A stretch of DNA of 64,000 nucleotides from Myxococcaceae bacterium. GTDB taxonomy: Bacteria; Myxococcota; Myxococcia; Myxococcales; UBA5297. Location: NCBI GenBank assembly GCA_017500825.1, contig JAFVYB010000024.1, positions 17,193 to 81,192 on the forward strand. Direction: 5' to 3'. The number at the start of each line of letters is the position of its first letter. The first letter of the stretch is position 1. The notes under the pieces were generated by a model, which ran no database searches, was not told the DNA's origin, and saw only the letters and a program-made list of their open reading frames with translations. Positions 19,112 through 29,970 of the stretch are shown here, piece after piece. The position numbers were made by a program, and so were the translations under genes.

Positions 19112-19570
19112 ATGAACACGGTCCCTGATGCCCGCGAACAAGACGAAACAAGACGCGATGGCACCGCTGTCGAGAGCGGTGAGCCGACACAGGCCGAGAG
19201 CGCTTTTAAGGATGCGGCTGACGGTTCCGAGGCAGGCGGGGCGAAGGGTGAAGGCAACGCGCGGGACACGAACCCAAAGGAGCAATCAGCGCCACGACGA
19301 GCCGAGCCGCGCTTTCACGTGAGGCCCAACGGCGGCGGGAGCGAATTGGACATTGCCGACTTCGCCGAGCTGCTGCGTCTGTATCGAGCGGGCTTCATTG
19401 GCGACGAGGACGAGATCCGGCGGGCGGGCACCGAGCTCTGGCGGCGGGCGGGACAGATGCCCGAACTGCGAACGCTCAGGCCGCGCCCATGGCTGGAAGG
19501 CAATGAGTTTCCTCTTTTGGCGGCCCTGCTCTGCGCGGTGACGCTCGTCCTGATTCTGATCCTGCGCTGA
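19112..19570 (+). CDS. hypothetical protein with GYF-like DUF4339 motif and C-terminal TM helix
   Basis: FHVRPNGGGSELDIADFAELLRLYRAGFIGDEDEIRRAGTELWRRAGQMPEL matches the NG..GP...EL..L...G.I...T.VW..GM..W pattern. Terminal LLAALLCAVTLVLILIL. Confidence 0.45.
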   Translation: MNTVPDAREQDETRRDGTAVESGEPTQAESAFKDAADGSEAGGAKGEGNARDTNPKEQSAPRRAEPRFHVRPNGGGSELDIADFAELLRLYRAGFIGDEDEIRRAGTELWRRAGQMPELRTLRPRPWLEGNEFPLLAALLCAVTLVLILILR

Positions 19571-19822
19571 GCCTGTTGGAGGCGGTTCGAGATGGGCGAT
19601 TCGAGGCTGTCTTTGAGGGAAAAACCGCTCTGCGGCGTCCCCTTTCCGGCGGCGCTTCTCCCCCTTGCGCGCGAAGTCTGATCTTCTAAAAGGCCGCCCC
19701 CCAACTTCAGGCGGCTGGTCGCTCCCTCTGGAAGCCTGGCGCCTGTCTGCAGGTCGCGGCGCACGGCATCGCGGCCTTGAGCGGGTGGGCCCACGCGCGC
19801 CCGCCACACGAAGGTGTCTTCA

Positions 19823-21469
19823 ATGACAAAGCTGAATTCCCTCTCAGGTTTCGAACGCCGCCGCGGGCCGGTGGTGCTGGTGATTATGGATGGCGTCGGC
19901 TTCGGCAAATACGAGGAGGGCGACGCGGTGAAAGCGGCCAGCACGCCCACGCTGGACGCGCTCCTCAAGGACGCGCCGAACTGCCGGCTCAAGGCGCACG
20001 GCCGGGCGGTTGGGCTGCCCTCGGACGCGGACATGGGCAACTCGGAGGTCGGGCACAACGCCATGGGCGCCGGACGCGTCTTTGATCAGGGCGCATCGCT
20101 CGTTTCCAAGTCGATCACCTCGGGCGACATGTTCGCGGGCAAGGCGTGGCGCGAGGTCGTCGACGGCGCCAAGGCGGACAAGGCGCTGCACTTTCTCGGC
20201 CTGTTCTCCGACGGCAACGTCCACAGCCACATCGATCACCTCAAGGCGATGGTCGAACGGGCCTGCGCGGAGGGCGTGAAGAAAATCCGCGTCCACATCC
20301 TGCTTGACGGCCGCGATGTGGGTGAGACGAGCGCGCTCGATTACGTCATCCCCTTCGAAGCCTTCCTCGCAGAGGTGCGCGCCAAGGGGTGCGACGCCAG
20401 GATCGCCTCGGGCGGCGGGCGAATGTTCATCACCATGGACCACTACGGCGCGGACTGGTCGATGGTCGAGCGCGGCTGGAAGACGCACGTGCTCGGCGAA
20501 GGGCGGCAGTTCGCCTCGGCCCAAGAGGCCATCGAGACGCTGCGCCAGGAGACGGGCGCCATCGATCAGGATCTCGGCGCGTTCGTCATCGCGGAGGGGG
20601 GCGTTCCTGTCGGCGCGATCGAGGACGGCGACAGCGTGGTGCTCTTCAACTTCCGCGGCGATCGCGCGCTGGAAATCACGGCGGCCTTCGAGAGTGGCGA
20701 CGACTTCGACAAGTTCGAGCGCGGTCGCGTCCCCCGCGTCACCTACGCCGGCATGATGGAATACGACGGCGATTTGCACGTGCCGCAGCGCTACCTCGTC
20801 GCGCCGCCCGCCATCGACCGGACCCTCGGCGAATACCTCTGCGCGCTGGGACTGCGCACGCTGGCCGTCTCCGAGACGCAGAAGTTTGGGCACGTGACCT
20901 ACTTCTTCAACGGCAACAAGTCGGGGAAGATCGACGAGGCGCTGGAGGAATACGTCGAGATTCCGTCGGACATCGTCCCCTTCGAGCAGCGGCCGTGGAT
21001 GAAGGGCGCCGAAATCACCGATCGCGTGATCGAGGGCATCGAGAGCGGTCGCTTCGACTTCATCCGCTGCAATTTCCCCAATGGCGACATGGTCGGTCAC
21101 ACCGGCAGCTTCGAGGCGGCGCGCATCGCGGTGGAGACCGTCGACCTGTGCCTCGCGCGCATCGTCAAGGCGGTGAAGAAGGCTGGCGGCGTCCTCGTCG
21201 TCACGGCCGATCACGGCAACGCCGACGACATGTTCGAGCACAAGAAGGACGGCAGCGTGCCCATGGTGAACGGCGTCAGGAAGGTGAAGACGGCGCACTC
21301 GCTCAACCCGGTGCCCTGCGTCGTCTACGACCCCGAGGGGAAGGGCGAATACGGCGCCACGTTGCGTGATGGACTGGGCATCAGCTCGATCGCGGCCACG
21401 GTCATCGAGCTGCTCGGCTACGCGGCCCCCACCGACTACGACCCGAGCGTTCTCGTCTTCGACGCCTGA
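19823..21469 (+). CDS. gpmI: 2,3-bisphosphoglycerate-independent phosphoglycerate mutase
   Basis: VVLVIMDGVGFG..., NSEVGHNAMGAGRV, C-terminal TADHGNAD. ATG at 19823 with aAGGTG upstream is preferred over the GTG at 19814. Confidence 0.9.
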   Translation: MTKLNSLSGFERRRGPVVLVIMDGVGFGKYEEGDAVKAASTPTLDALLKDAPNCRLKAHGRAVGLPSDADMGNSEVGHNAMGAGRVFDQGASLVSKSITSGDMFAGKAWREVVDGAKADKALHFLGLFSDGNVHSHIDHLKAMVERACAEGVKKIRVHILLDGRDVGETSALDYVIPFEAFLAEVRAKGCDARIASGGGRMFITMDHYGADWSMVERGWKTHVLGEGRQFASAQEAIETLRQETGAIDQDLGAFVIAEGGVPVGAIEDGDSVVLFNFRGDRALEITAAFESGDDFDKFERGRVPRVTYAGMMEYDGDLHVPQRYLVAPPAIDRTLGEYLCALGLRTLAVSETQKFGHVTYFFNGNKSGKIDEALEEYVEIPSDIVPFEQRPWMKGAEITDRVIEGIESGRFDFIRCNFPNGDMVGHTGSFEAARIAVETVDLCLARIVKAVKKAGGVLVVTADHGNADDMFEHKKDGSVPMVNGVRKVKTAHSLNPVPCVVYDPEGKGEYGATLRDGLGISSIAATVIELLGYAAPTDYDPSVLVFDA

Positions 21470-21495
21470 GCGACGCACCCACCAGCGAGGGTTTC

Positions 21496-21915
21496 ATGCA
21501 GAGCCTCAAGGACAAACTCGTTCAGGCGGGCGTGATCAGCGCCGATCGCGTAGCCGGTGAGACCGAGGAGCAGCGTTCGCGACGCCTCAACCGCGAGACG
21601 GCCGAGCGCCGCGCCAAGGTCAAGGCAGTGGTCCAAGGCGCCGCCATCGAGACCACCATCGGCGAGCACGTCTTTTTCTTCACCACGCGCTCCCGAAAGA
21701 TGCGGCGGCTGGTCATCGAGGCCGAGATCAAGGCCGGTTTGGAAGAGGGGCGCCTGGCGGTGGTCGAACTGCCGGACAAACCAGACTTTCCCTGGGCCGT
21801 CGTGCCGCGCGCCACCGCAGAGAAGGTGCTCAAGATCGACCCCGTCGCCGTCCGTTTCTACGTGCGGCGCAAGGGCGAGATTTTTGGAGCCGTCGCCGAC
21901 GACGATGTCAGCTAG
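21496..21915 (+). CDS. DUF2058-like hypothetical protein
   Basis: MQSLKDKLVQAGVIS... basic N-terminus with conserved C-terminal half. Family assignment is from memory only. Confidence 0.4.
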   Translation: MQSLKDKLVQAGVISADRVAGETEEQRSRRLNRETAERRAKVKAVVQGAAIETTIGEHVFFFTTRSRKMRRLVIEAEIKAGLEEGRLAVVELPDKPDFPWAVVPRATAEKVLKIDPVAVRFYVRRKGEIFGAVADDDVS

Positions 21916-21993
21916 CGCGCCCCGCTTCCTCCGCCACCGCGCGCCTCCTCGACTCTCGAAGGATCCACCCCCTCTCTCAACAGGAGTGTCCCC

Positions 21994-24174
21994 ATGATGC
22001 GCCTCCTCCCCCTCGCCCTCCTCTGCGCCGCCTTTGGCCTGAACTGCGGCGGCGAAGCGATCGTTCCCGGCACCCCAGGCAACACGGGCGTCTGCAGCCC
22101 GGGCACGGACAGCGTCCTCACCGCGCTCGAACTGACGCCCACGAGCGTCTCCCTGTCGCCCGGCGCGCGCGTCCAGCTCTCTGTGAAAGCGACTTACAGC
22201 GACGGCTGCAGCATCGACGCGACCAACGCGGTCTACCTGACCATCGGCGACAGCTCCCTGGCCAAGATCGGCCGCGAGAAGCTCGGCGACGGCAGCTCGA
22301 TTCGCTACGTCGAGGGCGTGGCGGTCGGACAGACATCGCTCATCGCCAGCACGCAGAAGGGCGGCGCGGGATTCGCCTCGGCGGCCACCAGCATCGACAT
22401 CGCCGACTGCTCAGTGGCGAGCGTGCCGGAGGGGACGCCTGTCGTGGCCCTGACCACCTTCCCCAGCCTCATCCAGATCGAGACCGGCGCCTCGACGCGC
22501 GTGCAGGCCTTCGCCACCTGGACGACGGGCTGTGTCTTCGACGCCTCTGACCGCATCCACTTCACCGTCGCCGACACCTCGGTGGCGAGCATGGGCGTGT
22601 CCACGAACGCGTCGGGCGAATCGATCCACCAGATCACGGGACAGTCGGTGGGGACGACCACGCTCATCGCCAGTCTCAAGGCCAATGGCGAAGGGCTGGC
22701 GGCGAGCCCTGTCACGGTCAACGTCATCGCGCCCGGCAGCGGCACGCTCCAGCCTCCCGGCGACAACACCGATCAGCCGGATCAACCCGACCAGCCGATC
22801 GATCAGCCTGTCGACACGCCCGAACCAACGCTGACGCTCTATCCGGCCAATCTCGACATGAGCCCGGTCGACCGAATGCCGATTCAGGTGGTGCTGACGA
22901 AGGCGGACGGCGTGACGCAGGACGTGACCAGTCTGGCGACGATCGCCACGGGCGACAGCGCGATCGCCAAATTCGTCGAGGTCAGTCTGGCGGTGGACAA
23001 GGCGACGCGGTTTGTCGAGGCGGTGGCCCACGGGGCGACGACGCTGAGCGCGAGTTACGCGGTCGACGGCAAGACGCTGACGGTGAGCAGGCCCATCACG
23101 GTGAAGAAGCGCGCCACGGAGACGCGGGGCATCTGGGTCTCGCGCTGGAACATCGGCACTTCGGAGTCGGCGGTGCGCGCCAACATCCAGAAGTTTGCCC
23201 AGCACGGGTTCAACGCCGTCTTCTTCCAGGTGATGGGCGACGGCACGGCCTATTACGACTCGAAGATCCTGCCGAAGAAGAACGCCAGCTGGGACGCGTT
23301 GGCGGTGGCGATCGACGAGGCGCGCAAGCAGGGCGTCGAACTGCACGCCTACATCAACGCGCTGGTCGGGCCGACGAGCGTTCCCTCGGGGCACATTCTG
23401 GAAAAGCACCCGGAATTCATCTGCCTCGACGCCTCGGGGAACGCCTATCCCAACGACGGCTACACCTGGATCGCGGCGGACGACGCCTACATCGAGCACT
23501 ACCGGCTGGTGGTGCGAGAGATCGTCCAGAACTACGACGTGGACGGCATCCACGTGGACCGCATCCGCTCGCCGAGCAAAGACACCTGCCACTCACCGGC
23601 GCTGGACGCGCTCTACGCCACGGAAAAGGCGGCGGGCCGGGTGTCGAGCTGGAGCGAGTTCTACACAGGGCGCGTCACCAAGATCATGCAGGCCATCTAC
23701 GAAGAGGTGGTGGCGCATAAGCCGAGCGCGCTCGTCTCGGTGGCGGCGTGGGGCATCTACAAGAAGTTCTCCGGCTGCGGCACGAGCCAGGGCATCGACT
23801 ACAATCAGGACACTGTGGCCTGGGCCGAGATGGGCATCGTCGACGCGCTGATGCCGATGACCTACTGGGATTTCGACGCCTATGGCGGCTGCGCGGACTG
23901 GGGGCGGCTGGCGGACTTCTTCAAGGCGAACCTCCACGGCCGGATGCTGGTCATGGGCATGCACGCCACGGAGTCCAACTCGCCGAACCACATGTACACG
24001 GATGGCAAGGTCCATCTGGATCGCATCACCGCCCGCATCGACTACGCGCGTTCGATCGACCTGGCCGGCACGGTGATCTTCGCCAGCAACTATCTGAGCG
24101 ACGCCGACTGGGACGGCATCCTCGCCGGGCCTTACGCGACCGACGCAGACCCGACGCCGATGGTCCACCGCTAG
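21994..24174 (+). CDS. lipoprotein with N-terminal Big_2 (Ig-like) domains and C-terminal glycoside-hydrolase-like family 10 (GHL10/YngK, DUF187) domain
   Basis: Lipobox LNC-GG. Repeated Ig-like LT/VS blocks. C-terminus GIWVSRWNIGTSESAVRANIQKFAQHGFNAVFFQVMGDGTAYYDS... typical of GHL10. Confidence 0.6.
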   Translation: MMRLLPLALLCAAFGLNCGGEAIVPGTPGNTGVCSPGTDSVLTALELTPTSVSLSPGARVQLSVKATYSDGCSIDATNAVYLTIGDSSLAKIGREKLGDGSSIRYVEGVAVGQTSLIASTQKGGAGFASAATSIDIADCSVASVPEGTPVVALTTFPSLIQIETGASTRVQAFATWTTGCVFDASDRIHFTVADTSVASMGVSTNASGESIHQITGQSVGTTTLIASLKANGEGLAASPVTVNVIAPGSGTLQPPGDNTDQPDQPDQPIDQPVDTPEPTLTLYPANLDMSPVDRMPIQVVLTKADGVTQDVTSLATIATGDSAIAKFVEVSLAVDKATRFVEAVAHGATTLSASYAVDGKTLTVSRPITVKKRATETRGIWVSRWNIGTSESAVRANIQKFAQHGFNAVFFQVMGDGTAYYDSKILPKKNASWDALAVAIDEARKQGVELHAYINALVGPTSVPSGHILEKHPEFICLDASGNAYPNDGYTWIAADDAYIEHYRLVVREIVQNYDVDGIHVDRIRSPSKDTCHSPALDALYATEKAAGRVSSWSEFYTGRVTKIMQAIYEEVVAHKPSALVSVAAWGIYKKFSGCGTSQGIDYNQDTVAWAEMGIVDALMPMTYWDFDAYGGCADWGRLADFFKANLHGRMLVMGMHATESNSPNHMYTDGKVHLDRITARIDYARSIDLAGTVIFASNYLSDADWDGILAGPYATDADPTPMVHR

Positions 24175-24373
24175 AGCGCGCCACATCCCGCAGGAGAGCC
24201 CGGGCCCCGAACGAGGACTCGGGCTTTTTTGCGCCGCCCGTTTTCCGAACGCCTTTTGGCCACGACGCGACCGCCGTGAGCGCCTTCGGTTCCGCGCCAC
24301 GTCAAGGCCGGGCCCCGATTGCCCCGCGCGGCAGCGACGCGACCGCCCAACGCCACGCGCCGAAGAGAGAGCA

Positions 24374-25975
24374 GTGTCCCTGAAGTCCACGCGACGCGAC
24401 CTGACCGCGATTCTCGCCAGCCGACGCCTGCGCGCGGTGAGCCTCCTCTCCATCTCCTCGGGACTGCCGCTGGGTCTCGTCACGGTGGCCATCCCGGCGT
24501 GGATGACGATGGTCGGCGCCGACATCCGCACGGTCGGACTGCTGACGGCCGCGCAGGCGCCCTACGCCTTCAAATTCCTCTGGGCGCCGCTCGTCGATCG
24601 CCTCGGCGTTCCAGGTCTTTCGGGCAAACGCGGCTGGATTTTCGCCAGTCAAATCGCCCTCGCCGCACTCACGTTCGCCCTGGCCGCGCAGGCGCATTCG
24701 CCCCAGGTCGGGCTGGTGGCCGCGCTCGCGCTCCTCGTCGCCTTGGCCTCGGCCACGCAGGACATCGCCATCGACGCCTACGCCGTGGAGGTCCTCCAGT
24801 CGGACGAACAGGGACTCGCCGTCGGCACGCGCACCGCCCTCTACCGCGCCGCCATGTGGCTTTCGGGCGCCATCGCCATCTCGGTCGGCCCTCTCGTCGG
24901 CTGGAGCTGGACCGTCGCCGCCCTCGCGCTCATCTACCTCGCGCTGTTGCCGGTGACCTGGCGCTCGCCCTCGCCCGAAGGGACATCGCCGCCGCCGCAG
25001 ACGCTCCGCGAAGCTGTCCTCGCGCCCCTGATCGGCCTGTGGCTCAAGCCGCGCGCGCTCGAAATCGTCGCCTTCGTCCTGCTCTACAAACTGGCCGACA
25101 ACCTGGCCGTGGCGCTCGTCCGCCCCTTTCTCGTCCAGGTGGGCTTCGCGCCGATCGATGTGGGCGTGGCCAGCGGCACGGTGGGTCTCATCGCGACGCT
25201 CCTCGGCACCTTTCTCGGCGGACTTTGGACAAACCGCCTCGGCGTGGGCCGTTCGCTGTGGGTCTTCGGGCTCCTGCAGGCCTTTGCCAACGGCGGTTAC
25301 GCGCTCCTCGCCGAATCAAGGCCAAACCGGGCGTTGCTCTACGCGGCCACGGCCTTTGACTCGGGCGCCTCGGGGCTCGGCACAGGCGCCTTCATGGTTC
25401 TGCTCCTGAGACTCACCTCGAAGCGCTTCAGCGCCACGCAATACGCCGTCCTCTCCAGCCTCTTCGCCATTGGCCGAACCGTGGCCGGGCCCGTCGCCGG
25501 GGTGCTCGCCGACGCTTTGGGCTGGCGCGATTTTTTCCTCGTCACCATCGCCTTCAGCGCGCCCGGGCTGTGTCTGCTGCAGCGCTTCGTCCCCTGGCGC
25601 GAACGCGATTTGCCCACCTCGATCGAAGGGGATGGCGGACGCGATGTGATGTGTTCTCCCCTCGCCATCGAACGACGCGCCCTCGTCGGCCCAGTCATCT
25701 GCGGCGGCATTCTCGGCTTTGCCCTGGCCACGGTGGCACTGATGGCGACGGCGGCGCTCAAGGCCCACCGACTCGGCGAGGCCTTTTCGGCGCTCGACTG
25801 GCTGATGGCGCTCCTGAAGCCCTCGTCCCTCGACGCGGCGCTCGATCTTTTGGGCGCTCTGGCCTGCGCGATGCTCCTCGGCCTGACGCTGGCGGCGCAC
25901 CGGGCGGCGCAGCTGGCTCAGCGACTCGATTCCCCACCCAAGGCGCCGGAAATGCCCGCGACACCGGCAAGTTAG
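24374..25975 (+). CDS. ampG: AmpG family muropeptide MFS permease
   Basis: FKFLWAPLVDR signature, ~14 TM helices, 533 aa. Confidence 0.8.
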   Translation: MSLKSTRRDLTAILASRRLRAVSLLSISSGLPLGLVTVAIPAWMTMVGADIRTVGLLTAAQAPYAFKFLWAPLVDRLGVPGLSGKRGWIFASQIALAALTFALAAQAHSPQVGLVAALALLVALASATQDIAIDAYAVEVLQSDEQGLAVGTRTALYRAAMWLSGAIAISVGPLVGWSWTVAALALIYLALLPVTWRSPSPEGTSPPPQTLREAVLAPLIGLWLKPRALEIVAFVLLYKLADNLAVALVRPFLVQVGFAPIDVGVASGTVGLIATLLGTFLGGLWTNRLGVGRSLWVFGLLQAFANGGYALLAESRPNRALLYAATAFDSGASGLGTGAFMVLLLRLTSKRFSATQYAVLSSLFAIGRTVAGPVAGVLADALGWRDFFLVTIAFSAPGLCLLQRFVPWRERDLPTSIEGDGGRDVMCSPLAIERRALVGPVICGGILGFALATVALMATAALKAHRLGEAFSALDWLMALLKPSSLDAALDLLGALACAMLLGLTLAAHRAAQLAQRLDSPPKAPEMPATPAS

Positions 25976-25983
25976 GACTCGCC

Positions 25984-26898
25984 ATGGTCAACCTCTTCCA
26001 GAGCCACAGCCGTTCTTTTGAAGACAACCGCCACGTCTACCCAGTGGTCAGTCGCCGGGCGCGCGGCATGTCCATCGGCGTCGACCTCTGCCCCGGCCGC
26101 TGCACCTTCCGCTGCGTCTATTGCAGCGAGTTCGGCGCGCTCACCTCGCCACCTTCCGACGTGCCAACGCACTGTGCCGAGCAGGCGCGCGGCGGCATCG
26201 ACCTCGACCTGTTGCGACGCGAACTGACGGCCATGCTCGCGGCCATCCTCGGCGGCGAGATCTTCCTGCACCCGCCCTTTGACGAGACGCCCGACGCCTA
26301 TCGACGCCTCAACGACATCGCCCTGAGCGGTTCTGGCGAGCCGACACTTTCGCCCGCGTTCGAGGCTGCCTGCGCGCTGATCGGCGAACTCGGCCAGTCG
26401 GTGCGTGGCCAGGAACCGGGCAAGTGGCCTCGTCCCAAGCTGGTCCTGATCACCAACGCGACGGCGCTCCACCTGCCGAGCGTCTGGCGCGGCCTCGACG
26501 CCCTGAGAGCGCAGGGAGCCATGGAGGCGGAAATCTGGGCCAAGCTCGACGCCGGGACCGAGGCGCACTACGCGGCGATGAACCGCGCGCGCGTTCCCCT
26601 GGACCGGGTGCTCCAGAACCTTTTGACGGCAGGACGGCGGCACAGGCTCGTCATCCAGTCGCTCTTTGGCGAACTCGACGGACGGCCTCCCTCCGCGGAC
26701 GAGATCGACGCCTGGCTCGACAGGCTCGACGCGCTGCGCCAGGGCGGCGCCGACATCGCTGGCGTGCAGGTCTACACGGTGGCGCGACAGACAGCCGAAC
26801 CGACGATCCGCGCCCTGTCGGACGAGGCGCTGGTGGCCATCGCCGAACGCGTCCGATCTCGCGGTTTTGTCGCCGACTGGTTTGGCAGCGGTCGCTGA
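25984..26898 (+). CDS. radical SAM protein
   Basis: CPGRCTFRCVYC (CxxxCxxC) near the N-terminus. ATG at 25984 lies 8 nt after the ampG stop, with AGGA upstream. The ORF-track N-terminal extension overlaps ampG out of frame and is rejected. Confidence 0.65.
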   Translation: MVNLFQSHSRSFEDNRHVYPVVSRRARGMSIGVDLCPGRCTFRCVYCSEFGALTSPPSDVPTHCAEQARGGIDLDLLRRELTAMLAAILGGEIFLHPPFDETPDAYRRLNDIALSGSGEPTLSPAFEAACALIGELGQSVRGQEPGKWPRPKLVLITNATALHLPSVWRGLDALRAQGAMEAEIWAKLDAGTEAHYAAMNRARVPLDRVLQNLLTAGRRHRLVIQSLFGELDGRPPSADEIDAWLDRLDALRQGGADIAGVQVYTVARQTAEPTIRALSDEALVAIAERVRSRGFVADWFGSGR

Positions 26899-27016
26899 AA
26901 CGCCCTGAAACGCCCCTCGCGAACGCGCGCGTTTCTCCCCGGTCCAACCGTTGCGCCAAGAGTCCTCTCCCGCTAGGGGCGCGCCGCCAATCGAGCCCCT
27001 CCCCCATCGCAGCACT

Positions 27017-29908
27017 GTGGAACCGCCCGCCGTGAACCGTCATCCCACCGCCTGGACCATCGCCCTCGTCGTCATCTTCACCGTCGTGCTCTCGCTGTTG
27101 CCGCTGCCTGACTCGCTGCAGCCACTCGCGTTTCGCAAAGACGGCGTGGGGCCGACGCTGCTGGCCACGCTCATGCCGCAGCACGGGCGCCAGACGCTCG
27201 ACGAAATCCGCCACGCCCACCTCGACGAACAGACCAGCGCCTCAGCGCCCGAAGCGCTCGCCGACCTGCTCGCGGCAACACCGACAGAGGTCGCGCCAAA
27301 GGCGAGTGACGCGGCGACCGGCGACAAGAACGCGCAAGCGGACAAACTCGACAGCGAGAGCGGGCCCCAACCGGCGGCCAAGGCGGCGGACGCGGACCCG
27401 AATTTTTGGCTGCACACGAACAGCGCGCCTCCCGTGGCCTGGCTCAGCGCGGGCGCCAAATCGTTCGCCGACTTCCGGCGCATCGAGGCTCTGGCGCGAC
27501 GTGTGGGCGCCTCGCACCGCGACATCGAAGAAGGCTGCCGAGACCCTTCATCGGACACGGCGACCAACGCGGACGCGGCCAACGCCACAGGAACAAGCGG
27601 CGGCGCCAGACCGACCGCCTGCCATCAGCGCGCGCTCGATCCCTTTTTCGACGCCCTGGCCGAGATCGGGGCGGGAGAACGGCGCGAAGCGGTGCGCGTC
27701 GTCCACATCGGCAACTCGCTGATCGCCTCGGATTACGTGGCCAGCACCATTCGCCGTCAGCTCTCGGACCGATACGGTTCGGGCGGCACGGGATTTCTCT
27801 TCGTCGACAGGCCGACGCGCATCTCCGGGAGCTTCGACCGCGTGGGCAAGGCGAGCGCTGGCTGGAACATCTCGCTGCTCACCGATCGCGGCGACCGCAG
27901 CCGGCAGGGGCTGGGGGGCGCGCGCTACACCTCCAAGACGAACGCCCGCGAAGAAGTCCGCTTTGCCCTGCGCGACAACACGAGCGCCGAGATCGCCTGG
28001 CTGGCCCGCGCCGACGGCGGCCTGATCGACATCGCCATCGACGGCAAGCGCCACGGCAAGCCCATCTCCACGCGCGGACCCGCAGACGAAGCGTCCTTCA
28101 CCAAAATCGACCTGCCCAAAGGCGCCCGCGAGCTCACGCTGTCGACGCGCGAGGGATCGGTCGAGCTCTTCGGCGTCACGCTGGAAAACGGCAGGCCGGG
28201 CATCGTCCACGACACCTACGGTCTGCCGGGCGGCACCGCCGATGTCTTCCTGCAGGCGGACGAGGCGATCTTTGGCGCGCAGCTCAAACGGCGCGACCCG
28301 GCGATGGTGCTGATCATGCTCGGCGGCAACGAGAGCTACGAGATGAGCCGTGGCTGGATGAGCGCGGCCAAGGCACGCAAGACGGCGGGCGACTTCATCG
28401 ATCGCGTCCGCGGCAACGTCCCCAACGCCGCCTGCGTCGTCACCTCCCCGCTCGACGCCGGCGTCCGCAGCGCCAGCGGCACGATCTCGCCGCGACCGTT
28501 CGGCCCCGAGGTGCGCGACATGCTGCGCGAGGAGTCACTCAAGCGCGGCTGCGCCTTCTGGGACATGCACGGCGCCATGGGCGGCGTCGGTTCGGCAGGG
28601 CGCTGGTTCGAGGCCAAACTCATGAGCGAGGACCTGGTTCACCCGCGCGGCAAAGGCGCTGAAATCCTCGGACACCTCTTTGTCGCGGCGCTGGAACGGG
28701 CCCGGCTGACGCGCGCGGCCACGGCGAACGACCTGCGTCAGGACCCTCCGGGCATCGGCGCGCCTGAACGACTCGAACGATTCTTCGGCAAGCTCGACGC
28801 GCTCGATCGCAAGGAGCGACAGGCGCCCGTCAACGTCGTGCAGATCGGAGCCTCGCACACCGCGGCGCACTTTTTCACCGACGCGGCGCGAACGAGGCTC
28901 GCCAAGGAATTCGGCGGTTCGGGCCGGGGGTTTGTCGCCGCGGGCGCCTCTTCCAAGCGACTGCGTCAGGCCGGTGTCGAGCGCACCCCTGTCGGCGACT
29001 GGAAGGTCCACGACGCGCGCGAGTTTCCGCCGGGCGGTATCTGGGGGCTGACCGGTATCCGCGCCGAAGGCCAGCCAGGCGTGCGACACGTCTGGCGTTT
29101 TGGTCTCGACGACAAGCGGGCCGACAAAACTCCGGGCTCGATCTCGCTCCACTTCCTCGACGCGCCGGATCTTAAAGGGCGTCTCTCTGTGAAGATCGAC
29201 GGCGGCGCCCCGATGGCGATCGAGCTCGGTGGCGTGAATGAACCGACCGCGCGCGTGGAGCGTTGGCCAGTTCAGGGCGTCTCGCACCTCATCGAGGTCA
29301 CCAACGAGAGCCAGTCGGCGGTTTCGCTCTTTGGCGCGGCGCTCGATCTCGACCGCCCGGGCATCCGCTGGGACGCGCTTGGACTTCCCGGAGCCACGGC
29401 CATCCTCGCCGACGGCTTTGACAGGCGCGCCCTCAAGGCCCAGCTCGCCACGCGCCAGGCCGACCTCCTCGTCCTCTTCTACGGGACGAACGAAGCGGAC
29501 CTCATCGACCTCGACGCCGCCACGCTCACCGCGCACTACACCTCGCTCCTGACGACCCTCCGCGGCGCCGCGCCCGAGGCCGAGTGCCTGATCATCGGCC
29601 CCACCGACCGCCTCGACCCATCCAAAGGACCGCAGGCACTGGCGCCCTCGATGGCGCTCTCCAACGCGACGATCCGCCAGGTGGCGCGCGACGCTGGATG
29701 CGCGTTCTGGTCTTCGCGGCGGGCCATGGGCGGGACGCGCTCGATGTTGCGCTGGCAGGAGGCGACCCCTCCGCTCGGACACCGCGACGGCGTCCACCTG
29801 ACCCCCAAGGGCTACGAGATCCTCTCCACCGCCCTGACCGACGCCCTCCTCGACGAGTGGCGCGCGCACCAAAAACGCGCCCAGGCCAGCGCCAAGACAA
29901 CGCCCTGA
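27017..29908 (+). CDS. membrane-anchored protein with two tandem SGNH/GDSL hydrolase-type esterase domains
   Basis: N-terminal TM helix (WTIALVVIFTVVLSLL). Two repeats each with VVHIGNSLI / VVQIGASHT (block I Ser), MLGGNE / FYGTNE (block III) and DLVHP / DGVHL (block V). The start is uncertain: GTG at 27017/27032 is likelier than the TTG at 26951. Confidence 0.6.
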   Translation: MEPPAVNRHPTAWTIALVVIFTVVLSLLPLPDSLQPLAFRKDGVGPTLLATLMPQHGRQTLDEIRHAHLDEQTSASAPEALADLLAATPTEVAPKASDAATGDKNAQADKLDSESGPQPAAKAADADPNFWLHTNSAPPVAWLSAGAKSFADFRRIEALARRVGASHRDIEEGCRDPSSDTATNADAANATGTSGGARPTACHQRALDPFFDALAEIGAGERREAVRVVHIGNSLIASDYVASTIRRQLSDRYGSGGTGFLFVDRPTRISGSFDRVGKASAGWNISLLTDRGDRSRQGLGGARYTSKTNAREEVRFALRDNTSAEIAWLARADGGLIDIAIDGKRHGKPISTRGPADEASFTKIDLPKGARELTLSTREGSVELFGVTLENGRPGIVHDTYGLPGGTADVFLQADEAIFGAQLKRRDPAMVLIMLGGNESYEMSRGWMSAAKARKTAGDFIDRVRGNVPNAACVVTSPLDAGVRSASGTISPRPFGPEVRDMLREESLKRGCAFWDMHGAMGGVGSAGRWFEAKLMSEDLVHPRGKGAEILGHLFVAALERARLTRAATANDLRQDPPGIGAPERLERFFGKLDALDRKERQAPVNVVQIGASHTAAHFFTDAARTRLAKEFGGSGRGFVAAGASSKRLRQAGVERTPVGDWKVHDAREFPPGGIWGLTGIRAEGQPGVRHVWRFGLDDKRADKTPGSISLHFLDAPDLKGRLSVKIDGGAPMAIELGGVNEPTARVERWPVQGVSHLIEVTNESQSAVSLFGAALDLDRPGIRWDALGLPGATAILADGFDRRALKAQLATRQADLLVLFYGTNEADLIDLDAATLTAHYTSLLTTLRGAAPEAECLIIGPTDRLDPSKGPQALAPSMALSNATIRQVARDAGCAFWSSRRAMGGTRSMLRWQEATPPLGHRDGVHLTPKGYEILSTALTDALLDEWRAHQKRAQASAKTTP

Positions 29909-29970
29909 CCAACACTTCGCGCTTTGGGTGAACGCCTCGGCGACGCCCTTTCCAGGACCCCTCCCCGGCC

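Noticed and set aside
19844-21478. 544-aa minus-strand ORF opposite gpmI, plus several 100-300-aa ORFs in the same region
   Set aside because: gpmI is unambiguous on the plus strand. The antisense ORFs are composition artefacts.
25570-25983. N-terminal 138 aa of the radical SAM ORF as listed (25570..26898)
   Set aside because: Overlaps the ampG C-terminus out of frame. The ATG with RBS at 25984 right after the ampG stop gives a normal ~304-aa radical SAM protein.
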